Origin: Acidobacteriales bacterium 13_1_40CM_3_55_5 | Lineage (GTDB): Bacteria > Acidobacteriota > Terriglobia > Terriglobales > Acidobacteriaceae | Assembly (NCBI GenBank): GCA_001918935.1 | Contig: MNGW01000093.1 | Span: forward strand, 5,302-69,301 | Direction: 5' to 3' | Length of the DNA stretch: 64,000 nucleotides | In this document: in pieces, positions 1 to 8,362 of the stretch | Layout: the number at the start of each line of letters is the position of its first letter | How positions within the stretch are numbered: position 1 is the first letter of the stretch | Made by a program: the position numbers and the translations under genes | The notes under the pieces: model-generated | Databases searched by the model: none | Told to the model about the DNA's origin: nothing | Seen by the model: the letters and a program-made list of their open reading frames with translations, nothing else

Positions 1-44
1 TGGCTCCAGTCTGGGACCGCGCAAATCGAATCTGGCGCCGAGTA

Positions 45-368
45 GTGGTTGCCCTAGCTGTTTGCAGCGGTTTGTTTTCGTTGATGGCAGTCTCTATCAC
101 TGCACAGCCGCCGGATCGGTTCCGTTGCGCTCTTACCCAGTTGCTGACGCCTTCCTTTTGGGCCGGCAAACTGTCCCTCAACCAGGCGTCCATGCTCACA
201 CTTTCAGAGAATGCTGGTGGACAAGCTCACGGTGCATTCAACCTTGGAGAACTTATAGGAATGCATGGTTTGCCTAGTTTAATTCCGCTATTCGTGATCT
301 GGGGCGTAGCTGCATTTCTGTGGAGAAGACTGAATCAAGTTGAACAGCGAGCGGCGACAAATTATTAG
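45..368 (+). CDS. hypothetical small membrane protein; the frame stays open to position 3, so this may be the 3' end of a longer gene
   Basis: 107-aa ORF. It has a hydrophobic N-terminus and a C-terminal hydrophobic stretch followed by WRR. No family recognised. Confidence 0.25.
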   Translation: MVALAVCSGLFSLMAVSITAQPPDRFRCALTQLLTPSFWAGKLSLNQASMLTLSENAGGQAHGAFNLGELIGMHGLPSLIPLFVIWGVAAFLWRRLNQVEQRAATNY

Positions 369-404
369 ATCTAACTGGAAGAAGTTTCCTTACTGACCAC
401 TGGA

Positions 405-1640
405 TTACTGGCCAGCGCGTAATGGCGAAATCAGCAATCGGCCGGCAGCTTTTTTCTTGCCATCGGCCTTGTCATGCCGGTAGGTCAGGTCCAGCGAACC
501 TTCGGCCGTGGCTGAAGCATCGGCCAAGGTAGCCGCCAGAGAGCGGAATGAACGGCCAATATCGTGGTTATCGTGTAATGCCACAGGAGCGCCTTTGTCG
601 ATGGCGGGCGCTATCGATTGATAATTGTTGGGCAGCTTCCAAAGTAGCGCGCAATTGGTGGCCTTGGCTACATCCTCATCGCTGAATCCAGGAATTTTCT
701 TGTAGCGATTGAGTACCAGACGCACTCGGTCGCGGCCCGATCCCTCTTCCAAGAAACCACGTATTTTGCTGGCGCTCCACAGCGAAACCACATCGGTCTG
801 AGCCACCAGCAAGACGGCATTGGATAAGTCACAAAGCATCCGCGAGGTCTGGTCAAGCCGGCCCGAGCAATCCACAATCACGTATCGGAAGTGCGCCACC
901 AGGAGGTCGAAGAGCCGTGCCATTTCCGCCACAGTCGGCACCAGCGAGTGGGGCTGCTGCGGGCCGGCCAACAGCTGTAAGCCGCCTTTGCAGTGAGTCA
1001 TCAACCCTTCAAGCAGAGAAGAATCCATGCGGTGCAGGTTCTGCAATGCGTCAACGATCCCGAAAGTGGGCCGTGCGTTAAGGTGAAGAGCTGCATGGCC
1101 CAGCGGCGCAAAATCGACCAGCAGCACACCACCATGAGATTCCTGAAGGGCAATGGCCGTATTGACCGCAACCGTGGTTGCACCCGCTCCGCCCTTAGCG
1201 TTGGTGACAGTGAATACCCGCGCCCGACCGGAAGAAGTACGCGTCTTGCCTCGCGCCGACGCGAAGCGCGTGAAAGCCTCGACCAGAGCTTCGGAGCCGG
1301 CATGCAGTTCAAGATATTCACGAGCCCCCGCACGCATGGTGGAGACAATCGTAGACGGGTCATTCATGGGGCCGATCGCGAAAATCGCGATGTCGCTGGT
1401 AGTCGAATGGATCAGCTCGATAGCGCTGATCGCACGTTGCACGTTGTAGGAATCAATATCGACCAGCACGACTTCGGTTCGGACATCCTGGATCTGGCGC
1501 ACCACAGGATCGATGGCGCTGGCGGGAAAGCCGACATGGGTGAAAACGTTTCGCCCCATGTGGGTCGCCTCCAGACGATGCTGGAGCACCGAAACTCGCT
1601 CTTTGTCCTCGGTTAGAAGGGTGACTGCTATGCCGTGCAT
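405..1640 (-). CDS. receiver-like domain fused to a MinD/ParA-type ATPase (CpaE/TadZ-like)
   Basis: N-terminal receiver-like region (VVLVDID). Deviant Walker A motif TNAKGGAGATTVAVNTA. Confidence 0.75.
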   Translation of the reverse strand: MHGIAVTLLTEDKERVSVLQHRLEATHMGRNVFTHVGFPASAIDPVVRQIQDVRTEVVLVDIDSYNVQRAISAIELIHSTTSDIAIFAIGPMNDPSTIVSTMRAGAREYLELHAGSEALVEAFTRFASARGKTRTSSGRARVFTVTNAKGGAGATTVAVNTAIALQESHGGVLLVDFAPLGHAALHLNARPTFGIVDALQNLHRMDSSLLEGLMTHCKGGLQLLAGPQQPHSLVPTVAEMARLFDLLVAHFRYVIVDCSGRLDQTSRMLCDLSNAVLLVAQTDVVSLWSASKIRGFLEEGSGRDRVRLVLNRYKKIPGFSDEDVAKATNCALLWKLPNNYQSIAPAIDKGAPVALHDNHDIGRSFRSLAATLADASATAEGSLDLTYRHDKADGKKKAAGRLLISPLRAGQ

Positions 1641-1973
1641 CGCTGGGGCCTCACGCGTACCACTAATATCAGCATGTTATGAATGGACGAAGGCAGCGCC
1701 AAGTGACTTAAGTAATACCGCGTGACCGCCAACGAAAGTCCCTCTCCGTCAATTCTCAAAGCAACTGGAATCAAGAACAAATTCAGGAGCGGAAAGACTC
1801 AAGCGAAAGAGTATCCCCTTTGGACACGTATTCTATGCGAAACCGGCTCGCTTGGGAAGGACCAAAGCGAGCCAAAATCCGCGCCCACCAAGCTCACTGA
1901 CTTCCAATGTAGTGGGTAAATATTGGGCAAATATTTGGTTGTTTTGGCAGGGAATGCCAGGGCTATTTTTGGG

Positions 1974-2363
1974 CTAATGATCGTGCAGCCCTGAGATGCG
2001 ATCGTAACCCCGGGAAGCTCCCGTCACAGTCTCGGCCTCGGGCAGGAATTCATATCCCTGCAAGTGGACGGCAACCTCAAACCTCGTCCCACTTAAGGGC
2101 GGGACCACCCGCATGACTTTACCCCGGCATCGGACTCGCATGTTTTCGGCGAGCGTAATTTCGGACGGCATCACTAGGGTCAACTCTATGGCATCTCCTT
2201 CAGTCAAAGAAAAATCGGTACAGAAGAATGCTCCCCTCGCGCTCAAATTCTGGGTGACTCCTTGTCCTTCACCCTGTGGAATGACCGATCGGACGGCCAC
2301 GGGAAGTGAGAAGCCAAACCGCTGTGCCGCTCGCCGCTCGAGATGACCTTGGAGAGTACTCAT
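1974..2363 (-). CDS. PilZ domain protein
   Basis: RRAAQRF near the N-terminus followed by NLSARGAFF (RxxxR ... D/NxSxxG pattern). Confidence 0.7.
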   Translation of the reverse strand: MSTLQGHLERRAAQRFGFSLPVAVRSVIPQGEGQGVTQNLSARGAFFCTDFSLTEGDAIELTLVMPSEITLAENMRVRCRGKVMRVVPPLSGTRFEVAVHLQGYEFLPEAETVTGASRGYDRISGLHDH

Positions 2364-2548
2364 AGCTCTGGAAGCTGAGAAATCGTTTACGATTACTATA
2401 CTGAACGACCCTGCCCGTAACCCGCCTTCACCGCGCGTTAGGGCGCAGGCAAACTTTACCGCAGCTTGGGACAGGAAGGAAGCGCTAAATCAAAAAACGT
2501 GAAATTCCGGCACCAGCAAGCGACCAGGCAGCATCCATAAAGAGCGCA

Positions 2549-3889
2549 TTGAACGCGGCGGATTCGTCTATTTCGAACTCACTCACAAATCAATTACCCC
2601 GCGATTCCACCCCTTTGCAGCCGAAACAGGGCCGGGTGCAAGTGACCTTGCGTGCCCTGCGGCATCGTAATTTCCAGCTCTTCATCAGCGGACAACTCAT
2701 CTCCCTGATCGGCACGTGGATGCAGACTGTAGCCCAGTCATGGCTGGTCTACCGTCTGACCGGTTCATCTCTATTGCTTGGGCTAGTGGGATTTGCCAGC
2801 CAGATCCCAGTGTTCCTGGTAGCCCCCTTGGGCGGCATTATGGCGGACCGGCACAATCGCCACCGCGTGATTATCGCGACCCAGACCGCAGCCATGCTGC
2901 TGGCCGGTATTCTAGCGACCCTAACCCTGCTGGGAGTGGTGCAGGTGTGGCACGTTTTTGTGCTGGCGAGTTTGCTGGGCGTGGTGAATGCGTTTGATAT
3001 CCCCGCACGCCAGGCTTTCCTGGTGGACATGGTGGGCAAGGAAGACCTGATGAACGCCATTGCCTTGAACTCGTCCATGTTCAACGGCGCGCGGATTATC
3101 GGCCCAGCCATCGCCGGTGTGCTGGTCGCAAAGATTGGCGAAGGCTGGTGTTTCTTCGCCAATGCCGTCAGCTACATCGCAGTAATTATCGGCCTGTTCA
3201 TGATGAAATTGCCGCCTCGGATTTATCAGAGGCATTCTGCTTCCCCAATGGCGCACATCATTGAAGGCTTTCGCTTCGCCCGGGAAACCGGTCCGATCCG
3301 CGCAATATTGCTGTTGTTGGGACTCGTCAGTCTGGTCGGGATGCCTTACACCGTGCTGATGCCCGTATTCGCAGACAAGATCCTGCATGGCGGAGCCCGC
3401 GGATTGGGAATTCTGATGGGTGCCACTGGAGTAGGAGCGTTACTGGGTGCGCTGACGCTGGCTTCAAGAACCGGCGTCCGCGGACTCGGGCGTTGGGTGG
3501 CACTTTCCTGTGCCGGGTTTGGCGTCAGCTTATTTCTGTTCTCCTGGTCCCGACATTTCTGGCTCTCGGTGGCATTGTTGCTGCCGGTAGGATTCTGCAT
3601 GATGCTGGAAATGTCCTCGTCTAACACGCTGATTCAAGCCATGGTCCCCGATCACCTGCGTGGACGAGTGATGGCGATGTACTCCATGATGTTCATGGGC
3701 ATGGCGCCATTTGGAGCGCTGATCGGTGGCGCACTTGCAGATCGGCTGGGTGCGCCCGTTACGGTTTCAATCGGAGCTGTAGCTTGTATCGGCGGCGCCA
3801 TCTGGTTCGGTATGTACTTGCCAAAAATACGTGTGGAGGCGCGCCAGTTGATCGTGCAACAGACAGTGGACGGTACTGAACCTTCATGA
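2549..3889 (+). CDS. MFS transporter
   Basis: 446 aa, about 12 hydrophobic segments. N-terminal LRHRNFQLFISGQLISLIGTWMQ is typical of MFS_3/EntS-like exporters. TTG start is uncertain. Confidence 0.85.
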   Translation: MNAADSSISNSLTNQLPRDSTPLQPKQGRVQVTLRALRHRNFQLFISGQLISLIGTWMQTVAQSWLVYRLTGSSLLLGLVGFASQIPVFLVAPLGGIMADRHNRHRVIIATQTAAMLLAGILATLTLLGVVQVWHVFVLASLLGVVNAFDIPARQAFLVDMVGKEDLMNAIALNSSMFNGARIIGPAIAGVLVAKIGEGWCFFANAVSYIAVIIGLFMMKLPPRIYQRHSASPMAHIIEGFRFARETGPIRAILLLLGLVSLVGMPYTVLMPVFADKILHGGARGLGILMGATGVGALLGALTLASRTGVRGLGRWVALSCAGFGVSLFLFSWSRHFWLSVALLLPVGFCMMLEMSSSNTLIQAMVPDHLRGRVMAMYSMMFMGMAPFGALIGGALADRLGAPVTVSIGAVACIGGAIWFGMYLPKIRVEARQLIVQQTVDGTEPS

Positions 3890-3937
3890 GAGATTTGACT
3901 GGGATGTTGGATTGCGAGCTTGAGAAAGATATTAACG

Positions 3938-4954
3938 CTATTGTCCTGATCTCATCTCGCGCACGACATCGAGCAATGAGCTGTGCGCGAACGGCGCTGG
4001 CGTCAACGTCAGGATTAGCATTACCAAACCAAACAGGGCGATCCATCGCCTTGCCCCCGTCACGCCTGGCCACTCCGAAACGACAGGATGGCGCATTCCG
4101 CTGATGCGCAGCAGAATCGCCCAGATTATCCAGCCAACCCAGAAATAAATCGCAAGCGGAATCAGCGCGAGAATTGTGACCCGAGAAACAATCCTATGAG
4201 CCCGCGGAGCCAAAGCAAAAACTATGTGTCCGCCGTCGAGTTGGCCCCCGGGGAGAAGATTCAACGCCGTGGCAAACATTCCCACCCAGGCGGCAATTGC
4301 CGTGGGATGCAAATAAATCCCATGTAACGAAGTGCCACGCGCGTTCGCCAGTGGAATTGCCGCCCAGGCCAAGTGAAAAATCACTGGAAAGCCAAGCTGG
4401 ATCTCGGAAGCAACAGCGGCAGGCGCCATTATCTTCGAAAGGGGCAAGGCAAAGACCAAAACCGTAAGCGCGACTAAGAACCCCGCGATCGGCCCCGCGA
4501 TTCCGATATCAAACAACGCGGTGCGGGAGCGGATTGGAGAACGAATCCGAATGAAAGCTCCCAGTGTGCCAATCAATGTCGGCGCGGGAATGAAAAATGG
4601 CAGGGTTGCGTACACCCCGTAATAGCGGCAATAAAGATAGTGCCCCATCTCGTGCGCCAGCAGGATCAGCATCAGCGTTGAGGCGAATGGCAATCCCAGC
4701 AGCAGGCGCGATGGCTCGGCCAGCGCCCAACGCGCGGGGAAGAACGGCAGCGCGTCGTCATTCATCGAAAACGCCGGCTGGTTATTCTGAAAATTGAACT
4801 CCATGCGCGCCCCGACTACCAGCGTAGTGAACACAGTCGCCAGAAATAGCAAAATGTGCAGCCAGTAACGCCGTTTTTGGGGACGGGGCAGATAAATTTC
4901 TGACGGACGGTAATAATCAATGGTGGGAGGCAATGCGGGAGTGGGGTCAGACAT
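3938..4954 (-). CDS. site-2 protease family (peptidase M50) membrane metalloprotease
   Basis: HEMGHYL zinc motif in a polytopic membrane protein. Confidence 0.85.
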   Translation of the reverse strand: MSDPTPALPPTIDYYRPSEIYLPRPQKRRYWLHILLFLATVFTTLVVGARMEFNFQNNQPAFSMNDDALPFFPARWALAEPSRLLLGLPFASTLMLILLAHEMGHYLYCRYYGVYATLPFFIPAPTLIGTLGAFIRIRSPIRSRTALFDIGIAGPIAGFLVALTVLVFALPLSKIMAPAAVASEIQLGFPVIFHLAWAAIPLANARGTSLHGIYLHPTAIAAWVGMFATALNLLPGGQLDGGHIVFALAPRAHRIVSRVTILALIPLAIYFWVGWIIWAILLRISGMRHPVVSEWPGVTGARRWIALFGLVMLILTLTPAPFAHSSLLDVVREMRSGQ

Positions 4955-5042
4955 GAAAATTCCAGGTTAGGAGTCAATCAATGTTCGGGACGCCATGCAG
5001 GCGCGAACTCCGCGGCAGGCAAGTCGTAGTCCTCAGCCAGGC

Positions 5043-5312
5043 TCAGTCAATAGACTGCAACTCCTTTCCTGGTTTGAAGCGTACGGCTTTGCCGGGAGGG
5101 ATAGAAACTTCCGCGCCGGTGCGCGGGTTCCGACCGATACCGGTCTTTCGCGGCCGGACATTGAACACGCCAAAGCCCCGCAGTTCAATGCGATCGCCTT
5201 TGGCAAGGGCTCGCTTCATGCTCTCGAAAACAGTTTCCACGGCCGTCTCGGCCTTGGTCTTGGTGATGCCGGTCTTGTTGACCACTTCGTTGATGATGTC
5301 CAGCTTAATCAC
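5043..5312 (-). CDS. HU/IHF family DNA-binding protein
   Basis: 89 aa. Contains RGFGVF..R.RK.R.GRNPRTG, the beta-arm signature. Confidence 0.9.
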   Translation of the reverse strand: MIKLDIINEVVNKTGITKTKAETAVETVFESMKRALAKGDRIELRGFGVFNVRPRKTGIGRNPRTGAEVSIPPGKAVRFKPGKELQSID

Positions 5313-5412
5313 AGGCGGCTCCCGGCGGCGGGCTCAGTACGATCTACCAAGTGGTTGATGCTAAGGGACATAACCGAGATTGTCAAACGGCAGAGAAAAG
5401 AAGAAGTGGCTC

Positions 5413-5465
5413 GTGATTAGTGGCTAGTGGCGAGTGGCGAGAGATCAGTACTAGCCACTAATCAC
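5413..5465 (-). terminator. candidate intrinsic terminator downstream of the Hfq-like gene
   Basis: 16-bp perfect stem (5413-5428 pairs with 5450-5465) with a 21-nt loop. A U-rich tract follows on the minus strand (cttcttcttttctc). Confidence 0.4.
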
Positions 5466-5484
5466 TCGCCACTAACCACTGAAA

Positions 5485-6048
5485 CTATCCCTTCCGCTCT
5501 GCTTCCTTGTACATGTACTTAATCGAGGGCTTGTAAATCATCAGATTAGGCTGGCCGTTGCGATTCACCTTGATGCAAGACTTGTCATACCACTCGATGA
5601 CGCCATGAATTTCTTCACCGTCCTTGAGCACCACCACCATCGGCGTCCTGGATTGCATTTGCTTCTGGTAGTAAAAATTTTCGGCGTTGGTCTGTTCCGG
5701 AGGCGCTATCTTTCTGCCACCGCCGCTGCTTCCACCACTAACGCGATCGTTTCGGTCGCGGTCATTGCGATCGTTGCGCTCCACGCGCTCCGGCCGGTCA
5801 CGGCGATCGCTGATAGAGAGCTGCGCATGGTTGTGCTCGGCGCGGTTTAAGGACGGCCGGATGAGCTTACGGTTGGCAAAGCCTTCCTGTTCAAGTGGCC
5901 GCGCGGCTGGCAAGGCATCAATAGCATCTTTCATGGCACCACCATTCGACATGTTTTTTAGCGGGCCACAATACGTCGCTGCTGTGATTGTGGGTGCTGA
6001 AGGTGTGAAACGTTGCAATACCGTAGCACAGGAATCGAGCTGTGACAA
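5485..6048 (-). CDS. Sm-fold (Hfq-like) RNA-binding protein with a long N-terminal Arg/Asp-rich extension
   Basis: C-terminal [24 protein letters not shown] ... [11 protein letters not shown] resembles the Hfq Sm1/Sm2 motifs. The start may instead be the internal Met at 5952. Confidence 0.65.
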   Translation of the reverse strand: MSQLDSCATVLQRFTPSAPTITAATYCGPLKNMSNGGAMKDAIDALPAARPLEQEGFANRKLIRPSLNRAEHNHAQLSISDRRDRPERVERNDRNDRDRNDRVSGGSSGGGRKIAPPEQTNAENFYYQKQMQSRTPMVVVLKDGEEIHGVIEWYDKSCIKVNRNGQPNLMIYKPSIKYMYKEAERKG

Positions 6049-6127
6049 TCCTCAACTAGTAGGGAGGGAAGGATTTAGCAAAGTAGCTGTTTCTGGCGAG
6101 TTCTCCAATGCAGCTTCAACGCGCGAA

Positions 6128-6186
6128 GACGGCTGAATGCTGACGAATGCTGACGGCTGAATGTTGACGGCTGAATGTTGAGGGCT
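6128..6186. repeat. tandem GACGGCTGAATGYT 14-mers (two 7-nt sub-units each)
   Basis: About four tandem copies read directly from the sequence. Confidence 0.7.
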
Positions 6187-6206
6187 ATTGATGACGACCA
6201 GGTTGC

Positions 6207-7337
6207 TCAACCCCGCTCCACCGCCGTAGCAAACGCGTCCAAAGAGAGCGAACGTAAGAGATTGCGGCGCATGCCGCGCTCCACCTCAGCCAGGCGATCG
6301 GACGCAAAACTAATCCAGTTAAAATCCGAAGATTCTGCAAATTTCTTCAAATCAGCTTGGATATCGGTATTGCGAACCAGTTCCGGAGTGCCGCTATGCA
6401 AGAACGTCAGATCCTGCAATAGAGAATAAAGGGTGCGCAGCAGTTTCTCCGTCTTTTCGCGCCCTTCGGCTCCGGCACGATACGTCTCGGTCACTTTAAA
6501 CAGTTCGCTGTGATCGGTGGTGCGCAACGCGGAGCCAAGAATCGTCAGAGCATGAGCCCGGGCCGCAGTGTAGGCAGCGAGGTCAAAACTACGCGCGCGT
6601 CCGATGGCCCCCTCGCAGAGACGCGCTACCAGGGCGCGTTGTTTCGAGTTCCAATCAGGACGATGTTGGGCCAAATACTCCTCGACCTCTTGCGCGGGAA
6701 GAGCAGCCAGCGAGCAGATCATCGAACGCGAGCGGATTGTCGGTAGCAGTTCACCGGGGTTATCCGCCAACAGAAAAATGGTGGCGAATTCGGGCGGCTC
6801 TTCCAGTACTTTGAGTAGCGAGTTCGCCGCTTCTTTCATGAACGCAGAATCGGCAAAGATATAAACCCGTTCTTTCGCCTCTCCAGGGCGAAAATAAATG
6901 GTCTCAATCACACGGCGCACTTGGTCCACTTTAATCATCATCTGGGGCGGATCGGGCGGAATCACCAGTACGTCGGGATGAGTCTGCACAAAGAGGCGCG
7001 TTTCTTTCTTGTCGCTTTCACGCAGCCCTTCGCGTGCTTCAACGGCTTCAGTAAATCGAGTTTCAAGATCCTCTGCCTGGGCGATGCGAACACAATTCGA
7101 ACACTTGCCGCAGAAATCCGGCAGGTTGTCGGTAAAGATCGGCGCCAGGCAATTCATCGCCCTTGCCAGCATCAGCGAAAGCGTATATTTCCCGGAACCC
7201 GCCGGGCCCGCCAGGATCACCGCGTGGGGAAAGCGATTCCGCGCCAACATATCGCGCAGGCGATGAATGACGTCGGAGTTACCGTAGAAGTCGGAGAAGC
7301 CCATAAAGTCGGAGCACTCAGCAATCAGCGTGAGCAT
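6207..7337 (-). CDS. holB: DNA polymerase III delta' subunit
   Basis: HAVILAGPAGSGKYTLSLMLARAMNC, a clamp-loader AAA+ P-loop. The first 11 codons overlap a heptad repeat, so Met at 7304 is the more likely start. Confidence 0.85.
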   Translation of the reverse strand: MLTLIAECSDFMGFSDFYGNSDVIHRLRDMLARNRFPHAVILAGPAGSGKYTLSLMLARAMNCLAPIFTDNLPDFCGKCSNCVRIAQAEDLETRFTEAVEAREGLRESDKKETRLFVQTHPDVLVIPPDPPQMMIKVDQVRRVIETIYFRPGEAKERVYIFADSAFMKEAANSLLKVLEEPPEFATIFLLADNPGELLPTIRSRSMICSLAALPAQEVEEYLAQHRPDWNSKQRALVARLCEGAIGRARSFDLAAYTAARAHALTILGSALRTTDHSELFKVTETYRAGAEGREKTEKLLRTLYSLLQDLTFLHSGTPELVRNTDIQADLKKFAESSDFNWISFASDRLAEVERGMRRNLLRSLSLDAFATAVERG

Positions 7338-7476
7338 TCAGCAATCAGCACTCAGCATTCAGCCACAACACATTTGATCACCTCTGGAGTATCAACTCAG
7401 CATACTCGCAAGCACATTGAAGAGCACCGTCCAGCGACCTGAACTTTGCGGGCTGAATGCTGAATGCTGAGTGCTG
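7314..7476. repeat. heptad-periodic inverted repeat pair (GCTGAAT/GCTGAGT type)
   Basis: 7346-7364 cagcactcagcattcagcc is the reverse complement of part of 7451-7476 ggctgaatgctgaatgctgagtgctg. The loop is about 86 nt. Confidence 0.7.
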
Positions 7477-7481
7477 GGTTT

Positions 7482-8165
7482 TCATGCCGTCTTCGCGGCC
7501 AGCTTCAACTTGCGTCTGACCACCTTCACGATTTGTGCGTGAGTCTCGTCTGCGCTACCGCGTGCGTCTACTAAAACAACACGCCCCGGTTCCCGGGCGG
7601 CAATCGCCAGATATGTGTTTCGCACACGGCCGAAGAAGGCGCGACTTTCTTGCTCGAAGCGATTTTCATTTTCTCCGCGCCCAGTCGGGTCACGCCTCCG
7701 ATTGCGCCGACGGGCGCGTTCAACGCTGGCGGCGACGTCGGAATCCATCAGGATCGTGAGCTCGGGTTTCAGATCGCCGCACAAAATACGATGAAGCGCC
7801 AGAACCGGTTCGCTGCCCAACTTGCGTCCGCCGCCTTGGTATGCCTCCGTGGAATCAGTGAAGCGATCACAGAGCACCACCTGACCTTGAGCGAGAGCCG
7901 GTTGGATCACTTCCTCAATGTGCTGCGCCCGTGAAGCGAACATCAGCGCCAGTTCGGCAAATGGCGAAAGCCCCGCAGTTGAAGTATCAAGCAGCAAGTG
8001 GCGGATTTTCTCTCCAGTCGCGGTACCTCCCGGCTCACGCGTTACCAGCACCTGGAACCCTTGTTCGCGCAACACTGCTGCAAGTTTCTCCGCTTGCGTG
8101 CTCTTGCCGCAACCATCCAGCCCCTCAAAGGTGATGAATTTTCCGCGATGGAGATGGGCAGGCAT
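7482..8165 (-). CDS. tmk: thymidylate kinase
   Basis: GKFITFEGLDGCGKSTQ P-loop. Start placed at the internal Met (MPAHLHRGKF). Confidence 0.9.
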   Translation of the reverse strand: MPAHLHRGKFITFEGLDGCGKSTQAEKLAAVLREQGFQVLVTREPGGTATGEKIRHLLLDTSTAGLSPFAELALMFASRAQHIEEVIQPALAQGQVVLCDRFTDSTEAYQGGGRKLGSEPVLALHRILCGDLKPELTILMDSDVAASVERARRRNRRRDPTGRGENENRFEQESRAFFGRVRNTYLAIAAREPGRVVLVDARGSADETHAQIVKVVRRKLKLAAKTA

Positions 8166-8191
8166 CGAGAAATGATAGCACTGGCAAAGAC

Positions 8192-8275
8192 AGCACTTGG
8201 AACTTAGCAATTAGCCCCTTGGCGTCTGGGGAAGTTGCTAAGTGCAAATTGCTAAGTGCCAAGTGCTGCTTTTTC
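8192..8275 (+). repeat. long imperfect hairpin of GCTAAGT-type heptads followed by T5
   Basis: agcacttgg/ccaagtgct, acttagcaa/ttgctaagt and cccc/gggg can pair. ttttt lies at 8271-8275. Confidence 0.55.
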
Positions 8276-8362
8276 TCCCGCGTGACTGCAATCGCTTGCT
8301 GCTGATATATTCGTGAGCCTCGCTTGCATCTTGTGCGATGAATCTCTGCAGGAGCGTCTTCG

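Noticed and set aside
45-368. PEP-CTERM-type sorting signal at the C-terminus (GLPSLIPLFVIWGVAAFLWRRL)
   Set aside because: A hydrophobic helix plus an Arg cluster is present, but the PEP motif itself is absent (it reads LPS). The evidence is too weak to call.
1945-1959. Sigma-54 promoter (TGGCA...TGC) upstream of the CpaE-like gene
   Set aside because: The GG-to-GC spacing is 8 nt rather than the required 10. The sequence is better described as a TGGCA-N5-TGCCA palindrome.
5406-8275. Heptad arrays as a CRISPR array or coding tandem repeats
   Set aside because: The repeat unit is 7 nt with no spacers, the arrays are under 80 nt, and no cas genes are present. A 7-nt period is incompatible with an in-frame coding repeat.
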